Shown here piece by piece: positions 9,174-18,389 of a DNA stretch of 64,000 nucleotides (positions within the stretch are counted from its first letter, which is position 1; the number at the start of each line of letters is the position of its first letter). The stretch comes from Planctomycetota bacterium (GTDB lineage: Bacteria; Planctomycetota; B15-G4), in assembly GCA_965248575.1 (NCBI GenBank), contig CBDFJQ010000002.1, positions 128,001 through 192,000 of the forward strand. The letters are read 5' to 3'. Below the pieces are notes generated by a model. It ran no database searches. It saw only the letters and a list, made by a program, of their open reading frames with translations, and was not told the DNA's origin. A program made the position numbers and the translations under genes.

Positions 9174-9470
9174 GAACCATATCCTTCTGTTCCGGCTTGG
9201 CAAGAGGCTGATGCCAGAATTGGTGGACTTGCAGCCCCGAGCGCGCAGGGGGAGGGGGAATGGGGCTCAGAAGGGTCCCGGGAGCCTATCCCGTGTCCAG
9301 TGCTGGGCCAGTCCGCCTAGCCGTTCGACTCTGGGGGTCGGTGGCGTATCCTTCCCACCCGCGCGGGAGGGGCTGACCCGGCCCTGACCCACCGATTTCT
9401 CCAATCCCCCAGCGCCCAACAGTCGAGAGCCGCCAGCCGTTCTCTCGCTCAGCACACGGAGTGACACACC

Positions 9471-9971
9471 ATGAAGACCCTTCCTTGCCTGATTCTCACC
9501 GCCAGCATGGCCTTGATGGCCTGCGGTGCGCCGCCTTTGGACGATGCTGTCGCTGGCCTGCAGAGCTCCTTTGATGGCGGTTCCTACGAAGAAGTGCTTG
9601 AGGGTGCCCCTGCCGTGCTCGAGCGTTGTGGCGCCGAAGAGGGCGGTGAGGCGAAGGGCTGGAAGGTCGAGAAGCTGCGCTTGCTCGCGCTCGGCAAGCT
9701 GGGTCGCGGCACCGAAGCGGCGGAAGACCTGACCCGCCTCCACGCTGCCTACGCCGGCAAGGTCAAGGCCGAACTCTACGCCCAGGTCGGTGGCTACGTC
9801 ACCGCGACGGGCGAGTACACGGAGGCGATTGCCGTCCTGGATGCCGGCGTGAAGGCCTTCCCGGACAAGAAGGCAGCACTGACCCCGCAGATTTCAGACC
9901 TGTCCGCCAAGGCCTCTGCGGCCGGCGACGATTCCGCCATCGCGGCGCTGAAGGCGCTCGGCTACCTGTAG
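9471..9971 (+). CDS. Lipoprotein, TPR-like helical, C-terminal LKALGYL tail
   Basis: Lipobox-like LMAC after a hydrophobic stretch; TPR-like segment YTEAIAVLDAGVKAFP. Confidence 0.75.
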   Translation: MKTLPCLILTASMALMACGAPPLDDAVAGLQSSFDGGSYEEVLEGAPAVLERCGAEEGGEAKGWKVEKLRLLALGKLGRGTEAAEDLTRLHAAYAGKVKAELYAQVGGYVTATGEYTEAIAVLDAGVKAFPDKKAALTPQISDLSAKASAAGDDSAIAALKALGYL

Positions 9972-9984
9972 GCAGCCGCCTGCG

Positions 9985-10923
9985 CTAGCGCATGAGCAGC
10001 CAAACGATGGCCGCGAGTGCCAGAGCCATGAGAACCCAGGTGCTCTTGCCCGGTTCTCGTGGCTCTTTCCGTTCTTGGGCCCTTTGCTCGAGCTCGTGGC
10101 GGGCGTCCATGCGCAGCTCGGTCAAGCTGCCGGGGTGCAGCAGGCGGCGCTCCAAGAGCAGTTCGTCGAGGCTGCGGCCGCTTCGGGAGTACTCGAGCAA
10201 GAGGTTCTTGGCCGTGCGTCGGGGAATGTGACCGCCGCGCTTCAAGTGGTGCAGGAACTGCTTGGCCGCCACCCCCTGCTCCCCTGAGCCCTGCAGGAAC
10301 AGGATGTCCACGTCGCCCAGGATGAGGTGGGTGCCGGGGACCAGCGGTCGCGCCTGAGTGACGGGGATCAGCCCGACGCGGGTGCCGTTGGTGCTGGCCA
10401 GGTCTTCGAGGCTCCAGCCGCTTTGGCTCCAGCTGATCCGGGCGTGTTCAGCGGAGACCGAAGGGTGATCGACCCGGACGTCACACTGCTCGCCTCGCCC
10501 GAGCAGGGCTTCGGGCACGGGCAGGGAATGGGTCACGACGTGCTCGTCGGTGACCACGATCACCCGGGGGTCGGCGGGAGCAACCGGCGGGCTCGGCTCC
10601 GGGCTGGGCCCCACGTCGTCCCCCAGATGGACGTCCAGCACCGTGTCACCCAGCATGAGCTGGCTGCGGTCTTCCAAGGGCGTGGATTGGCCAGGGCCCA
10701 GGCGTGGTTCCCCCGCGACCCGGGTGCCGTTGGCGCTGCCGACGTCGACGAACAACCACCCCTCAGGGCCCTGTTCGATGCGTCCGTGTTGAGCGCTCAC
10801 CTCGGGATCGTCCAAGCTGATGTCATTGGTCTTGGCGCGCCCGAAGCTCATGGGCGGGCGCAGGACCACATCCCTCGGTGTGCTGCCGTCTGTCAGGATT
10901 CGTACGAACGCGGCCTTGCCCAT
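9985..10923 (-). CDS. Tandem FHA-domain protein with C-terminal TM anchor
   Basis: Two GR...VSxxH...D-S-NGT FHA motifs; terminal hydrophobic helix. Confidence 0.9.
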   Translation of the reverse strand: MGKAAFVRILTDGSTPRDVVLRPPMSFGRAKTNDISLDDPEVSAQHGRIEQGPEGWLFVDVGSANGTRVAGEPRLGPGQSTPLEDRSQLMLGDTVLDVHLGDDVGPSPEPSPPVAPADPRVIVVTDEHVVTHSLPVPEALLGRGEQCDVRVDHPSVSAEHARISWSQSGWSLEDLASTNGTRVGLIPVTQARPLVPGTHLILGDVDILFLQGSGEQGVAAKQFLHHLKRGGHIPRRTAKNLLLEYSRSGRSLDELLLERRLLHPGSLTELRMDARHELEQRAQERKEPREPGKSTWVLMALALAAIVWLLMR

Positions 10924-10988
10924 GCGCAGCCTTTATACACATCGTGCGCCCTCGTCTCTGGGTAGGGAGGTGGGTACACTCCGCCGCC

Positions 10989-11345
10989 ATGTCCACCCAA
11001 CCCAGCAAGCAGCTCGAAACCTTCCCGAACCCGCGCCCTGGCCGGGTCTACGAGATCTCTTTCGAGTGCCCGGAATTCACCTGCGTCTGTCCCAAGACGG
11101 GGCAGCCCGACTTCGCCACGATCCGCATCGATTACATCCCCGATGAGCTCTGCGTCGAGCTGAAGTCCTTGAAGCTCTACCTCTGGTCCTTCCGCGACGA
11201 GGGCGCCTTCCACGAGGCGGTCACGAACCAGATCCTGGACGACCTGGTGGAGCTGCTCTCACCGGCCAGCATGGACGTCGAGGGTGACTTCATGGTGCGC
11301 GGAGGCATCCACACCGTGGTCAACGTCTCCTACGAAGTCGAGTAG
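10989..11345 (+). CDS. queF: NADPH-dependent preQ0 reductase (preQ1 synthase)
   Basis: [32 protein letters not shown]; start MSTQPS. Confidence 0.95.
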   Translation: MSTQPSKQLETFPNPRPGRVYEISFECPEFTCVCPKTGQPDFATIRIDYIPDELCVELKSLKLYLWSFRDEGAFHEAVTNQILDDLVELLSPASMDVEGDFMVRGGIHTVVNVSYEVE

Positions 11346-11353
11346 GCCCCGGC

Positions 11354-11785
11354 TCAGCTCTCGAAGCTGAGGCCCGGCAGGAGCTGCCCGTTGCTGCGGT
11401 CGAGGAGCATGTTCACGGCGCGGCGTGGGACCTTTCCCACCTGGCTCGTACGTTCCACGCGATAGGTCAGCTGAGTGCCGTCCGAGAGTTGGGCGCTTCC
11501 GGCGTAGCCTTTCAGCGGGGCGTCCTGCTGGCTGAAGTCCGACACGGCGTCCAGGCTTTCGAGGGTTTGCAGCAACTCGGCCCGGATGCCGTCCACGAAG
11601 GGCTCGGGCACTGCGAAGTGCAGGTCGAGCTGTGTGTACGGCGGCCACTGGATCGAGTCGTCGTCGCCTTCGATCCAAAATCCCTCCACCCGCTGGTCGG
11701 CAGTGAGCAGCGCCGCCAGGCGGTGGACGAAGTCCGTTGCGTGGTGGGCACCAGGTGGCGTGGGGCGAGGCGTGGGATCGGGCAT
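11354..11785 (-). CDS. Hypothetical protein, possibly a degenerate nucleotidyltransferase fold
   Basis: 143 aa filling the gap between genes; DQRVEGFWIEG...YTQLDLHFAV resembles the NTase N-terminal pattern. Confidence 0.5.
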   Translation of the reverse strand: MPDPTPRPTPPGAHHATDFVHRLAALLTADQRVEGFWIEGDDDSIQWPPYTQLDLHFAVPEPFVDGIRAELLQTLESLDAVSDFSQQDAPLKGYAGSAQLSDGTQLTYRVERTSQVGKVPRRAVNMLLDRSNGQLLPGLSFES

Positions 11786-11897
11786 GGGTGCGACACATTA
11801 TCAGACCCGACTGCTCGAGCAGCGTGCCAGGACCGGGCCAGGACCGTGAATGGACGGTGCAGGGGCCGGCCCGCAGCAGTGTGCTAGAACGGCGGCC

Positions 11898-13022
11898 ATG
11901 CAGATTCTCGTGGTTGGTGCCGGCATCCAGGGGCTCGCTGCGGCCACCGCCCTGGCCCAGGAGGGCCACCTCGTTCAGGTCGTGGAGCGGGAGCGTCCCG
12001 GGTCTCGCGCCAGTTGGGTGGCCGCGGGGCTGTTGACACCCAGCAGCCCGTGGAAGTACCCGCCGGGCCTGATCGATTTGTGTCACGCCTCGGAGAACCG
12101 CTATGGGGCGTTCGTTGCTGACCTGGTGCAGCAGACCGGCTTGGACCCGCAGTACGAGAACCAGGGGATGCTGTACCCCGAGGGGTTGGGCTTCCGCTCC
12201 GCGCAGGTCGCGGAGCACACCCGCCGGCGCTGTGAGCTGGGATTCGCCGTGCAGCGCCTCGATCGTCATGAGCTGGATCGTCTCCAGCCAGGGCTCGGGA
12301 GCGAACTGGAAGGCGCCGCCTGGCAGCCGCACAGCGGCCGGGTGCGTTCCCCGCGACTCGTCGCGGCCTTGCTACGGCGGGCGATTCAACGTGGCGTGGA
12401 CATCATCTCTGGCTGCGGGGTGGATTCCCTGCTCAGCAAGGCTGGGCGCGTGTCCGGCGTCCGGCTGGAGAACGGCCAGTGCCTGGAAGCAGAGGCGGTG
12501 GTGCTCGCCGCCGGCTCCTGGTCAGGGGGGCTCGCCGCAAGTTTGGGGCTGAGTCTGGATGTGCGGCCGGTGCGCGGCCAGATCTTGCTCTTGCGAGGGC
12601 CGCCGGGCGTCCTGGTCCCCACACTCAATGATGGTGACTGCTACTTGGTGCCGCGCCGCGACGGCCGCATCCTGGTGGGTAGCACCATGGAAGACGTCGG
12701 CTTCGAGGCCGTGACGCAGCCCGAGGCGCTGAGCCGTTTGCGGGAGTTGGCGCTGCGCTTGTTGCCGGCGACGGAACACATGGAGGTGGAGACGGACTGG
12801 GCGGGCCTGCGACCGGGAACGCCCGACCGCTTGCCTTACATCGGTGCCGTCCCCGAGCTCCCAGGCTTGGTCTTGGCGACGGGGCACTATCGAAACGGCA
12901 TCCTGCTCGCGCCCATCACGGCGCAGCTCGTGGCCGATGTTGTGGCAGAGCGGGAACCTTGCATCGACATCAGACCCTACGCCCCGCGACCCATCGATCC
13001 CGATGCGGTGCTGGCCTGTTGA
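11898..13022 (+). CDS. thiO: Glycine oxidase ThiO / FAD-dependent oxidoreductase
   Basis: VVGAGIQG, ASWVAAGLL, PVRGQ, WAGLRP, GHYRNGILLAP. Confidence 0.85.
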   Translation: MQILVVGAGIQGLAAATALAQEGHLVQVVERERPGSRASWVAAGLLTPSSPWKYPPGLIDLCHASENRYGAFVADLVQQTGLDPQYENQGMLYPEGLGFRSAQVAEHTRRRCELGFAVQRLDRHELDRLQPGLGSELEGAAWQPHSGRVRSPRLVAALLRRAIQRGVDIISGCGVDSLLSKAGRVSGVRLENGQCLEAEAVVLAAGSWSGGLAASLGLSLDVRPVRGQILLLRGPPGVLVPTLNDGDCYLVPRRDGRILVGSTMEDVGFEAVTQPEALSRLRELALRLLPATEHMEVETDWAGLRPGTPDRLPYIGAVPELPGLVLATGHYRNGILLAPITAQLVADVVAEREPCIDIRPYAPRPIDPDAVLAC

Positions 13023-13543
13023 TGATGGATGCTGCGAGCACGCGCACTCCAGCATTGCTTCGGGCCTGCGGCCTCGCGCTGTTGTTGTGTGCTGCGGGCA
13101 GGCTCGCGCGGGAGCCCCAAGTCATCTCCTTGGCATCCGCTGAGTGGACGCGCAATGGAGTCCCTGTCGATGGTCTCGCGCGCGAGCACCTGACCAAGTC
13201 GGCGCAGGAGCCGGGAGCGCCGCCCCTGCGCGTGCGCCTACCAGTCGACGGTCGGGGAGTCCGCTGGGCAACGGTCTTCAGCACCGTAGCGGCGGGCACT
13301 CATCGCTTGCAGCTCGACTGGGAGCCCGGGCCCGAGGGGATGCTGTTCGAGATCCTGCTCGACGGGGAGCGTGTCTCCCCGGCGCGCGACGCTTGGCGAC
13401 CGAGTCGGCGTCACCTGCGCACGGATCTCGGCCCGCGCTGGTTAGGTGCTGGGGCGCATCTGATCGAGTTCATCGCTCGGGAAGAGGTGTCCCAGGGAGA
13501 GTTGGTGCTGCGCTCTCTGGACCTGCGAGCCCCCGGCGGCTGA
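13022..13543 (+). CDS. Hypothetical exported beta-sandwich protein
   Basis: Start overlaps the thiO stop; N-terminal hydrophobic segment; beta-rich body. Confidence 0.5.
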   Translation: MMDAASTRTPALLRACGLALLLCAAGRLAREPQVISLASAEWTRNGVPVDGLAREHLTKSAQEPGAPPLRVRLPVDGRGVRWATVFSTVAAGTHRLQLDWEPGPEGMLFEILLDGERVSPARDAWRPSRRHLRTDLGPRWLGAGAHLIEFIAREEVSQGELVLRSLDLRAPGG

Positions 13544-13618
13544 GGGCTGCGATCCACGCTGAGCTGGGTCGTGCCCGCTGATCGACAGTCTTGCGAGCCA
13601 ATCGAGATCCCGGCATTA

Positions 13619-13634
13619 TATGAGCGCGCTCATA
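13619..13634. promoter_or_regulatory. Perfect 16-bp palindrome, candidate operator
   Basis: TATGAGCGCGCTCATA in an AT-richer patch about 70 bp upstream of the glycosyltransferase start. Confidence 0.5.
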
Positions 13635-13702
13635 AAGAGAGCGCCGCGCTCTGTTCTGGTGGGGTGCGTTTCTCGGGACCGCCTCCCTCCGAGCCCCTTG
13701 CG

Positions 13703-14986
13703 ATGCGTGTGTTGCTGGCGACTTTTGGGTCCTTCGGGGACGTCAACCCATACATCGGGTTGGCCAGCGCCCTGCAGAAGCGAGGGCATGAGGGCGTGGT
13801 GGCAGCACCGGAGGCCTATCGCGAGGTGGTGGAGCGCGAAGGCCTGCCGTTCCGTCCGTTGCGCCCCGATGCAGACCTCCAGGATCGCGAGGCCTTGGCG
13901 CGTGTGATGGACCCCAAGACCGGTGTCTTCTACTTGCTTGAGGAGGTGCTGCTGCCGGCGCTGCGGGAGAGCTATGACGACCTGCTGGCGGCTGTGCAGG
14001 ATTGCGATGTCTTCGTATCCCACACCATGGTCTACGCGGGGCCGCTTGTGGCGGATGCCACGGGGCTGCCCTGGGCCAGTGGCACGCTGCAGCCCATGGC
14101 CTTCATGTCGCCCTACGACCCACCGATCCTGTCTCCGATGCAGGAGCTGGCGTGGGTCCGACACCTCGGGCGATGGCCCAACGCTGCGCTGTTCGGTTTG
14201 GGGCGCCTGGCGGTCAAGAAGTGGGTGAGGCCCATCGAAGAGCTGCGACGCAGCCTGAACCTACCGCTGCGAAAGAACCCGATCTATGAGGGGCAGTTCT
14301 CACCGCAGCTCGCTCTGGCGTTGTTCTCCCGGGAACTCGGCGCGCCTCAACCCGATTGGCCGCGCAGCGCCCTGCAGCCGGGCTTCGTGACCTACGCTGG
14401 CAGCCACGGACCCACGACGCTTTCAGCAGAACTGCGGGACTTCCTCGATGCGGGCGAGGCGCCGATCGTGTTCACGCGCGGGACCTCCTCTGTCACTTCG
14501 CTCGATGCCCTTTTCGACGAAGGTCTTGCTGCGGCTCGCCAGCTCGGTCTGCGGGCGATCTTCGTCGGCGACAAGCATGAAACCCTGTTGGGGGGTCACG
14601 ATGCGCTGGGCTCCCAGTTTCTGCACGTGGGCTCTGCCCCCTTCATGCCGCTGTTTGCCGAGGCGTGTCTGGTGGTTCATCCAGGAGGCGTTGGAACGGT
14701 CGGCATCAGCATGTTGGCCGGGCGCCCCTCACTGATCGTGCCGGTGTCAGCCGATCATCCAGACAATGCGGCCCGCATGGTGAAGCTAGGTGTGGCCCGC
14801 ACGCTGCGGCCGAAACAGTGCAGCGCAGCGCGGCTCGCCAACGAGCTGCAGCAATTGAGACAGCCGGGATGGCTTCAACGGGCCGAAGCGCTTGCGAGAC
14901 GTGTGAGGGCCGAGCCGGGTGCAGCTGGTGCTTGCGATGCACTCGAGCTCTTGGCTCGTGGAGATCACTGTCGTCCTGCTTCGTGA
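13703..14986 (+). CDS. GT1-family glycosyltransferase (RhlB/sterol glucosyltransferase-like)
   Basis: MRVLLATFGSFGDVNP, VVHPGGVGT, C-terminal DHPDNAAR. Confidence 0.9.
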   Translation: MRVLLATFGSFGDVNPYIGLASALQKRGHEGVVAAPEAYREVVEREGLPFRPLRPDADLQDREALARVMDPKTGVFYLLEEVLLPALRESYDDLLAAVQDCDVFVSHTMVYAGPLVADATGLPWASGTLQPMAFMSPYDPPILSPMQELAWVRHLGRWPNAALFGLGRLAVKKWVRPIEELRRSLNLPLRKNPIYEGQFSPQLALALFSRELGAPQPDWPRSALQPGFVTYAGSHGPTTLSAELRDFLDAGEAPIVFTRGTSSVTSLDALFDEGLAAARQLGLRAIFVGDKHETLLGGHDALGSQFLHVGSAPFMPLFAEACLVVHPGGVGTVGISMLAGRPSLIVPVSADHPDNAARMVKLGVARTLRPKQCSAARLANELQQLRQPGWLQRAEALARRVRAEPGAAGACDALELLARGDHCRPAS

Positions 14987-15009
14987 AGCGGAGCCCGCGT
15001 GGAGAGCCC

Positions 15010-15708
15010 TCAGGAGGCGCTGGCGTTGTCCTTGCCCAGCATGCGGTAGAGCAGGGCGCCAGCAATGCCACCCACGATGGGTGCCACCCAGAACAGCCAG
15101 AGTTGCTCCACGGCCCAGCCGCCGGCGAAGAGCGCGACGCCCGTGCTGCGCGCAGGGTTCACGGAGGTGTTGGTGACAGGGATGCTGATCAGGTGGATCA
15201 GGGTGAGGCCCAGACCGATGGCGACCGGCCCCAGGCCAGCGGGCGCGCGCTTGTCCGTCGCTCCCAGGATGATCACCAGGAACATCATGGTCATGACGAT
15301 CTCGGTGATGAGGGCCGCTTGCATGCTGAAGCCGCCGGGAGAGTGTTCACCGAAACCGTTGGAAGCGAAGCCCGCGCTGACATCGAAGCCCGCTTGGCCG
15401 CTGGCGATGAGGTAGAGCACACCGCCGCCAGCGAGGCCGCCGATCACCTGGGCCACGATGTAGGGCACCAGCTGGCCCGCTGGGAAACGCCCTCCCACGC
15501 AGAGGCCGATGGAGACGGCGGGGTTGAGGTGGCAACCCGAGATGTGGCCGAGCGCGAAGGCCATGGTGAGCACCGTCAGGCCGAAGGCCAGGGACACACC
15601 GAGCAGGCCGATGCCGACATCCGGGAAGGCGGCGGCCAGGACCGCGCTGCCACAACCGCCCAGGACCAACCAGAATGTTCCCACGAATTCTGCCGCGTAC
15701 TTCTGCAT
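15010..15708 (-). CDS. aqpZ: Aquaporin Z
   Basis: Two NPA motifs (HLNPAV, SVNPARS); [14 protein letters not shown]. Confidence 0.96.
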   Translation of the reverse strand: MQKYAAEFVGTFWLVLGGCGSAVLAAAFPDVGIGLLGVSLAFGLTVLTMAFALGHISGCHLNPAVSIGLCVGGRFPAGQLVPYIVAQVIGGLAGGGVLYLIASGQAGFDVSAGFASNGFGEHSPGGFSMQAALITEIVMTMMFLVIILGATDKRAPAGLGPVAIGLGLTLIHLISIPVTNTSVNPARSTGVALFAGGWAVEQLWLFWVAPIVGGIAGALLYRMLGKDNASAS

Positions 15709-15810
15709 GACCGCCCCCTCGATGGATGTGTCGGTGAATTGGAAGGGCGAACGGCGACAGCGTACAGCGGGCCGGGTGTCCGAAGCCTGATGCTGCGGAC
15801 GGGAACCCTG

Positions 15811-16578
15811 TTAGAGCGCCATGATGTGGTAGCCGCAATCCACCCAGAGAGTTGTCCCTGTGATACCGCGCGAAAGATCGGAAGCCAGGAAGACCGTGGC
15901 GTCGCCCACCTCTTCGGGGCTGGTGTTGCGACGCAGGGGGGCCTTCTCCTTGGCGATGTCGAGGAACTGGCTGAAGCCGGCCACCCCGCTTGCCGCCAAG
16001 GTCCGGATGGGGCCGGCGGAGACGGCGTTGACGCGGATGCCGTTGGGGCCGAGATCAGCAGCGAGGTAGCGCACGCTGGCTTCCAGCGCGGCCTTGGCGG
16101 GGCCCATCACGTTGTAGTGGGGCATGACCTTCTCGCTGCCGAAGTAGGTCATGGTCACCAGGCTGCCGCCGTTGGGCATGAGCTTGTCGAGTTGACGCGC
16201 CACGGAGGTGAAGGAGTAGGCGCTGATGTCGAGCGCCGTGGTCCAGCCGGCGCGCGTGGTGTCCGCGAAGCGGCCGTCGAGCTCTTCGCGTGGTGCGAAG
16301 GCGATGGAATGCACGCCGAAGTCGACCTCGGGCATGTGCTCTTCGATTTGGGCGAAGGCCTCCACGATGCCCTCTTCCGTGCCGACATCGCACTTGAGAG
16401 CGATGGCCTCGCTGGGCAGCGACTCCGCCAGCTTGTGGGCCGCAGCCTCCACGCGCTCATTCTGATAGGTGAGAATCAGGCGCGCACCCTGGGCGGAGGC
16501 GGAGCGGGCGCAGGCAGCGGCGATGCTGCGCTTGTTAGCGACGCCGAACACGATGCCCGACTTGTCCTTCAACAACAT
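15811..16578 (-). CDS. fabI: Enoyl-ACP reductase
   Basis: GVANKRSIA, YNVMGPAKAALE, AGPIRTLA. Confidence 0.95.
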   Translation of the reverse strand: MLLKDKSGIVFGVANKRSIAAACARSASAQGARLILTYQNERVEAAAHKLAESLPSEAIALKCDVGTEEGIVEAFAQIEEHMPEVDFGVHSIAFAPREELDGRFADTTRAGWTTALDISAYSFTSVARQLDKLMPNGGSLVTMTYFGSEKVMPHYNVMGPAKAALEASVRYLAADLGPNGIRVNAVSAGPIRTLAASGVAGFSQFLDIAKEKAPLRRNTSPEEVGDATVFLASDLSRGITGTTLWVDCGYHIMAL

Positions 16579-16627
16579 GGGCGATGCCCTCCGAGGTGCG
16601 GCCATTCTGGACCGCGGAGATCGGATT

Positions 16628-17401
16628 TCAAATGCCGTGTTTGAGGACTTCCGCTGAGTCGAGGGCTGAAGGGGGTCGTGGGCTCCAGGGGAGACCGCGA
16701 TCGAGGCTCAGTCCGGAGCGGTCCAAGCGGGCGCGCCAGGGCAGTATTTCCACGCCTGCGGCGGCCGCCTGATCCAGCGCCCTGGCCCAGGTGGGGTCGA
16801 CTTCTGGCGCGGCATCGAACAGGTCGCAGTCGGGCCGGGCAACCAACGGAATCAGCACGGCCCGGTTTCCGAGGCCAACCTCCCGCTCCAGCTCGGCCAG
16901 GTGCTTGGCGCCCCGGGCGCTCACGGCATCAGGGAAGACGGCGTGCTTGCCTACGCGCATCGTCACGTTCTTGACCTCAACATAGCAGTCGGGGAGCAGG
17001 CCGGCCGGGTCGCTCAGCAGGACATCGATCCTGCTGCGCCCGTCGGCGCCATAGCGCACTTCCGTGGCAACGTGAGTGTAGGCGGAGAGCTCCGGGATGC
17101 TCCCTCGCCGGAGCGCGGTGGCCATGAGCTTGTTGGGGGCGAGAGTGTCGACGCTGACCCAGGAGCGGCCGACCCTGATGCCGTGCAGGGTGTAGGCCAG
17201 CTTGCGCTTGGGGTTGTCGTTGTGGGACACGAGCACCTTGGAGCCGGGTTCGCAGCAGCCCGTCATGCGCCCAGTGTTCGTGCAATGGGCCGTCGTGCGG
17301 CGCCCGTCCTCGAACTCGATGTCCGCCAGGAAGCGCTTGTAGCGTTTCAGCAGGACGGCTTCCTGGAGCGGCGGGTTGAAGGGCAGGCGTGCAGCGGGCA
17401 T
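16628..17401 (-). CDS. sfsA: DNA/RNA nuclease SfsA
   Basis: RYKRFLAD, HCTNTGRM, SRIDVLL, EVKNVT, FPDAVSARGAKHL. Confidence 0.93.
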   Translation of the reverse strand: MPAARLPFNPPLQEAVLLKRYKRFLADIEFEDGRRTTAHCTNTGRMTGCCEPGSKVLVSHNDNPKRKLAYTLHGIRVGRSWVSVDTLAPNKLMATALRRGSIPELSAYTHVATEVRYGADGRSRIDVLLSDPAGLLPDCYVEVKNVTMRVGKHAVFPDAVSARGAKHLAELEREVGLGNRAVLIPLVARPDCDLFDAAPEVDPTWARALDQAAAAGVEILPWRARLDRSGLSLDRGLPWSPRPPSALDSAEVLKHGI

Positions 17402-17410
17402 GGGCCGTCT

Positions 17411-18388
17411 TCAGCCTTCGCTCGGGCCGAGCACTTCCAGCAGCACCTCGCCCGCGAGCACCTTCGAACCCGGGTCCCAGGAGGCGCGCTTCAAGTACCC
17501 CAACGCAAAGGTGGTGTCGGCGGTCGGGTCATAGGCCACAGAGGTGAGCTTGCCCGCCGTCTTGCCGTCCTGGGTCATGAGCGCCGCGCCAGCTTGTCGA
17601 GCATCCCCCCCGGTCTGATCGCCCGCTACGCTCAGGTGCGAGAGGCGTCGCGCCACCTGGCCCAGGTTGAGGATGCGTGCCAGCACCTCCTGGCCCGGGT
17701 AGCAACCCTTGTGGATGGACACTTTCGCGTCGAGGTTGGCTTCCAGGGGAATGATGTCGCCCGACAAGTCCTCCGCGAACCACGGCACGCCGGCCGCCAC
17801 GCGCAGCGCGTTCAGCTGGCCTGGTTCCACGCGCACGGCGCCAGCCTCGAAGAAACGCTCGATGATGTCGCGACCGAGGTCCCCGTCGAAGAAAAGGTCG
17901 AAGCCTGGGCCGCTCACGAGCATCGTGGGTAGGACGTAGAAGGTCGAGCCGTCATGGGACAGGTGCTGGGCGGCGGGGGCCTCGAAACCGCACGTCTTGA
18001 GCACAAACGGCGCAGCTGCCCCGATCAGCGACGCACTGCGTAGCCCCGCGGACAGGTCTTCAAAGTGCACGTCTTCGGTGATGACGTACATGTCCAGCAG
18101 CGTCAACAATTTGGCCCGGTGGCTCAGCGGCAGGTCCAGCAGAAGTCCCTGAGCGGGAGGTCCCGGGGCGAGGACTCGCAGATCCGTGCGCATGCGGCCC
18201 TTTCCGTCCATGAGCGTGGCGTGTACGCACTGCCCCTGCTCGATGTCCGCGACGGGCAGGCTTAGGAGGCGGTCGAGCCAGGGCAGGAGATCCTTGCCGT
18301 GGGCGCGCACCAGGAAGCGGGCGTCGGGGCTGCAGAAGGCCGCTCCCTCGCGCAGTGCAGTCAGTTGCTCTGAAGTCGTGGCGGCCAT
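17411..18388 (-). CDS. ygfZ: YgfZ/GcvT-like folate-binding Fe-S maintenance protein
   Basis: KGCYPGQE signature; likely start MAATTSEQ at 18388. Confidence 0.85.
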   Translation of the reverse strand: MAATTSEQLTALREGAAFCSPDARFLVRAHGKDLLPWLDRLLSLPVADIEQGQCVHATLMDGKGRMRTDLRVLAPGPPAQGLLLDLPLSHRAKLLTLLDMYVITEDVHFEDLSAGLRSASLIGAAAPFVLKTCGFEAPAAQHLSHDGSTFYVLPTMLVSGPGFDLFFDGDLGRDIIERFFEAGAVRVEPGQLNALRVAAGVPWFAEDLSGDIIPLEANLDAKVSIHKGCYPGQEVLARILNLGQVARRLSHLSVAGDQTGGDARQAGAALMTQDGKTAGKLTSVAYDPTADTTFALGYLKRASWDPGSKVLAGEVLLEVLGPSEG

Positions 18389-18389
18389 G

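Noticed and set aside
1080..9971. LxxLGY tails as peptidoglycan-binding domains
   Set aside because: The rest of that domain (DG.fG..T..A...FQ) is absent, the motif is terminal, and it occurs on cytoplasmic proteins
13017..13025. thiO ending Cys-UGA as a possible selenocysteine site
   Set aside because: A second in-frame UGA follows immediately and the protein is already full length
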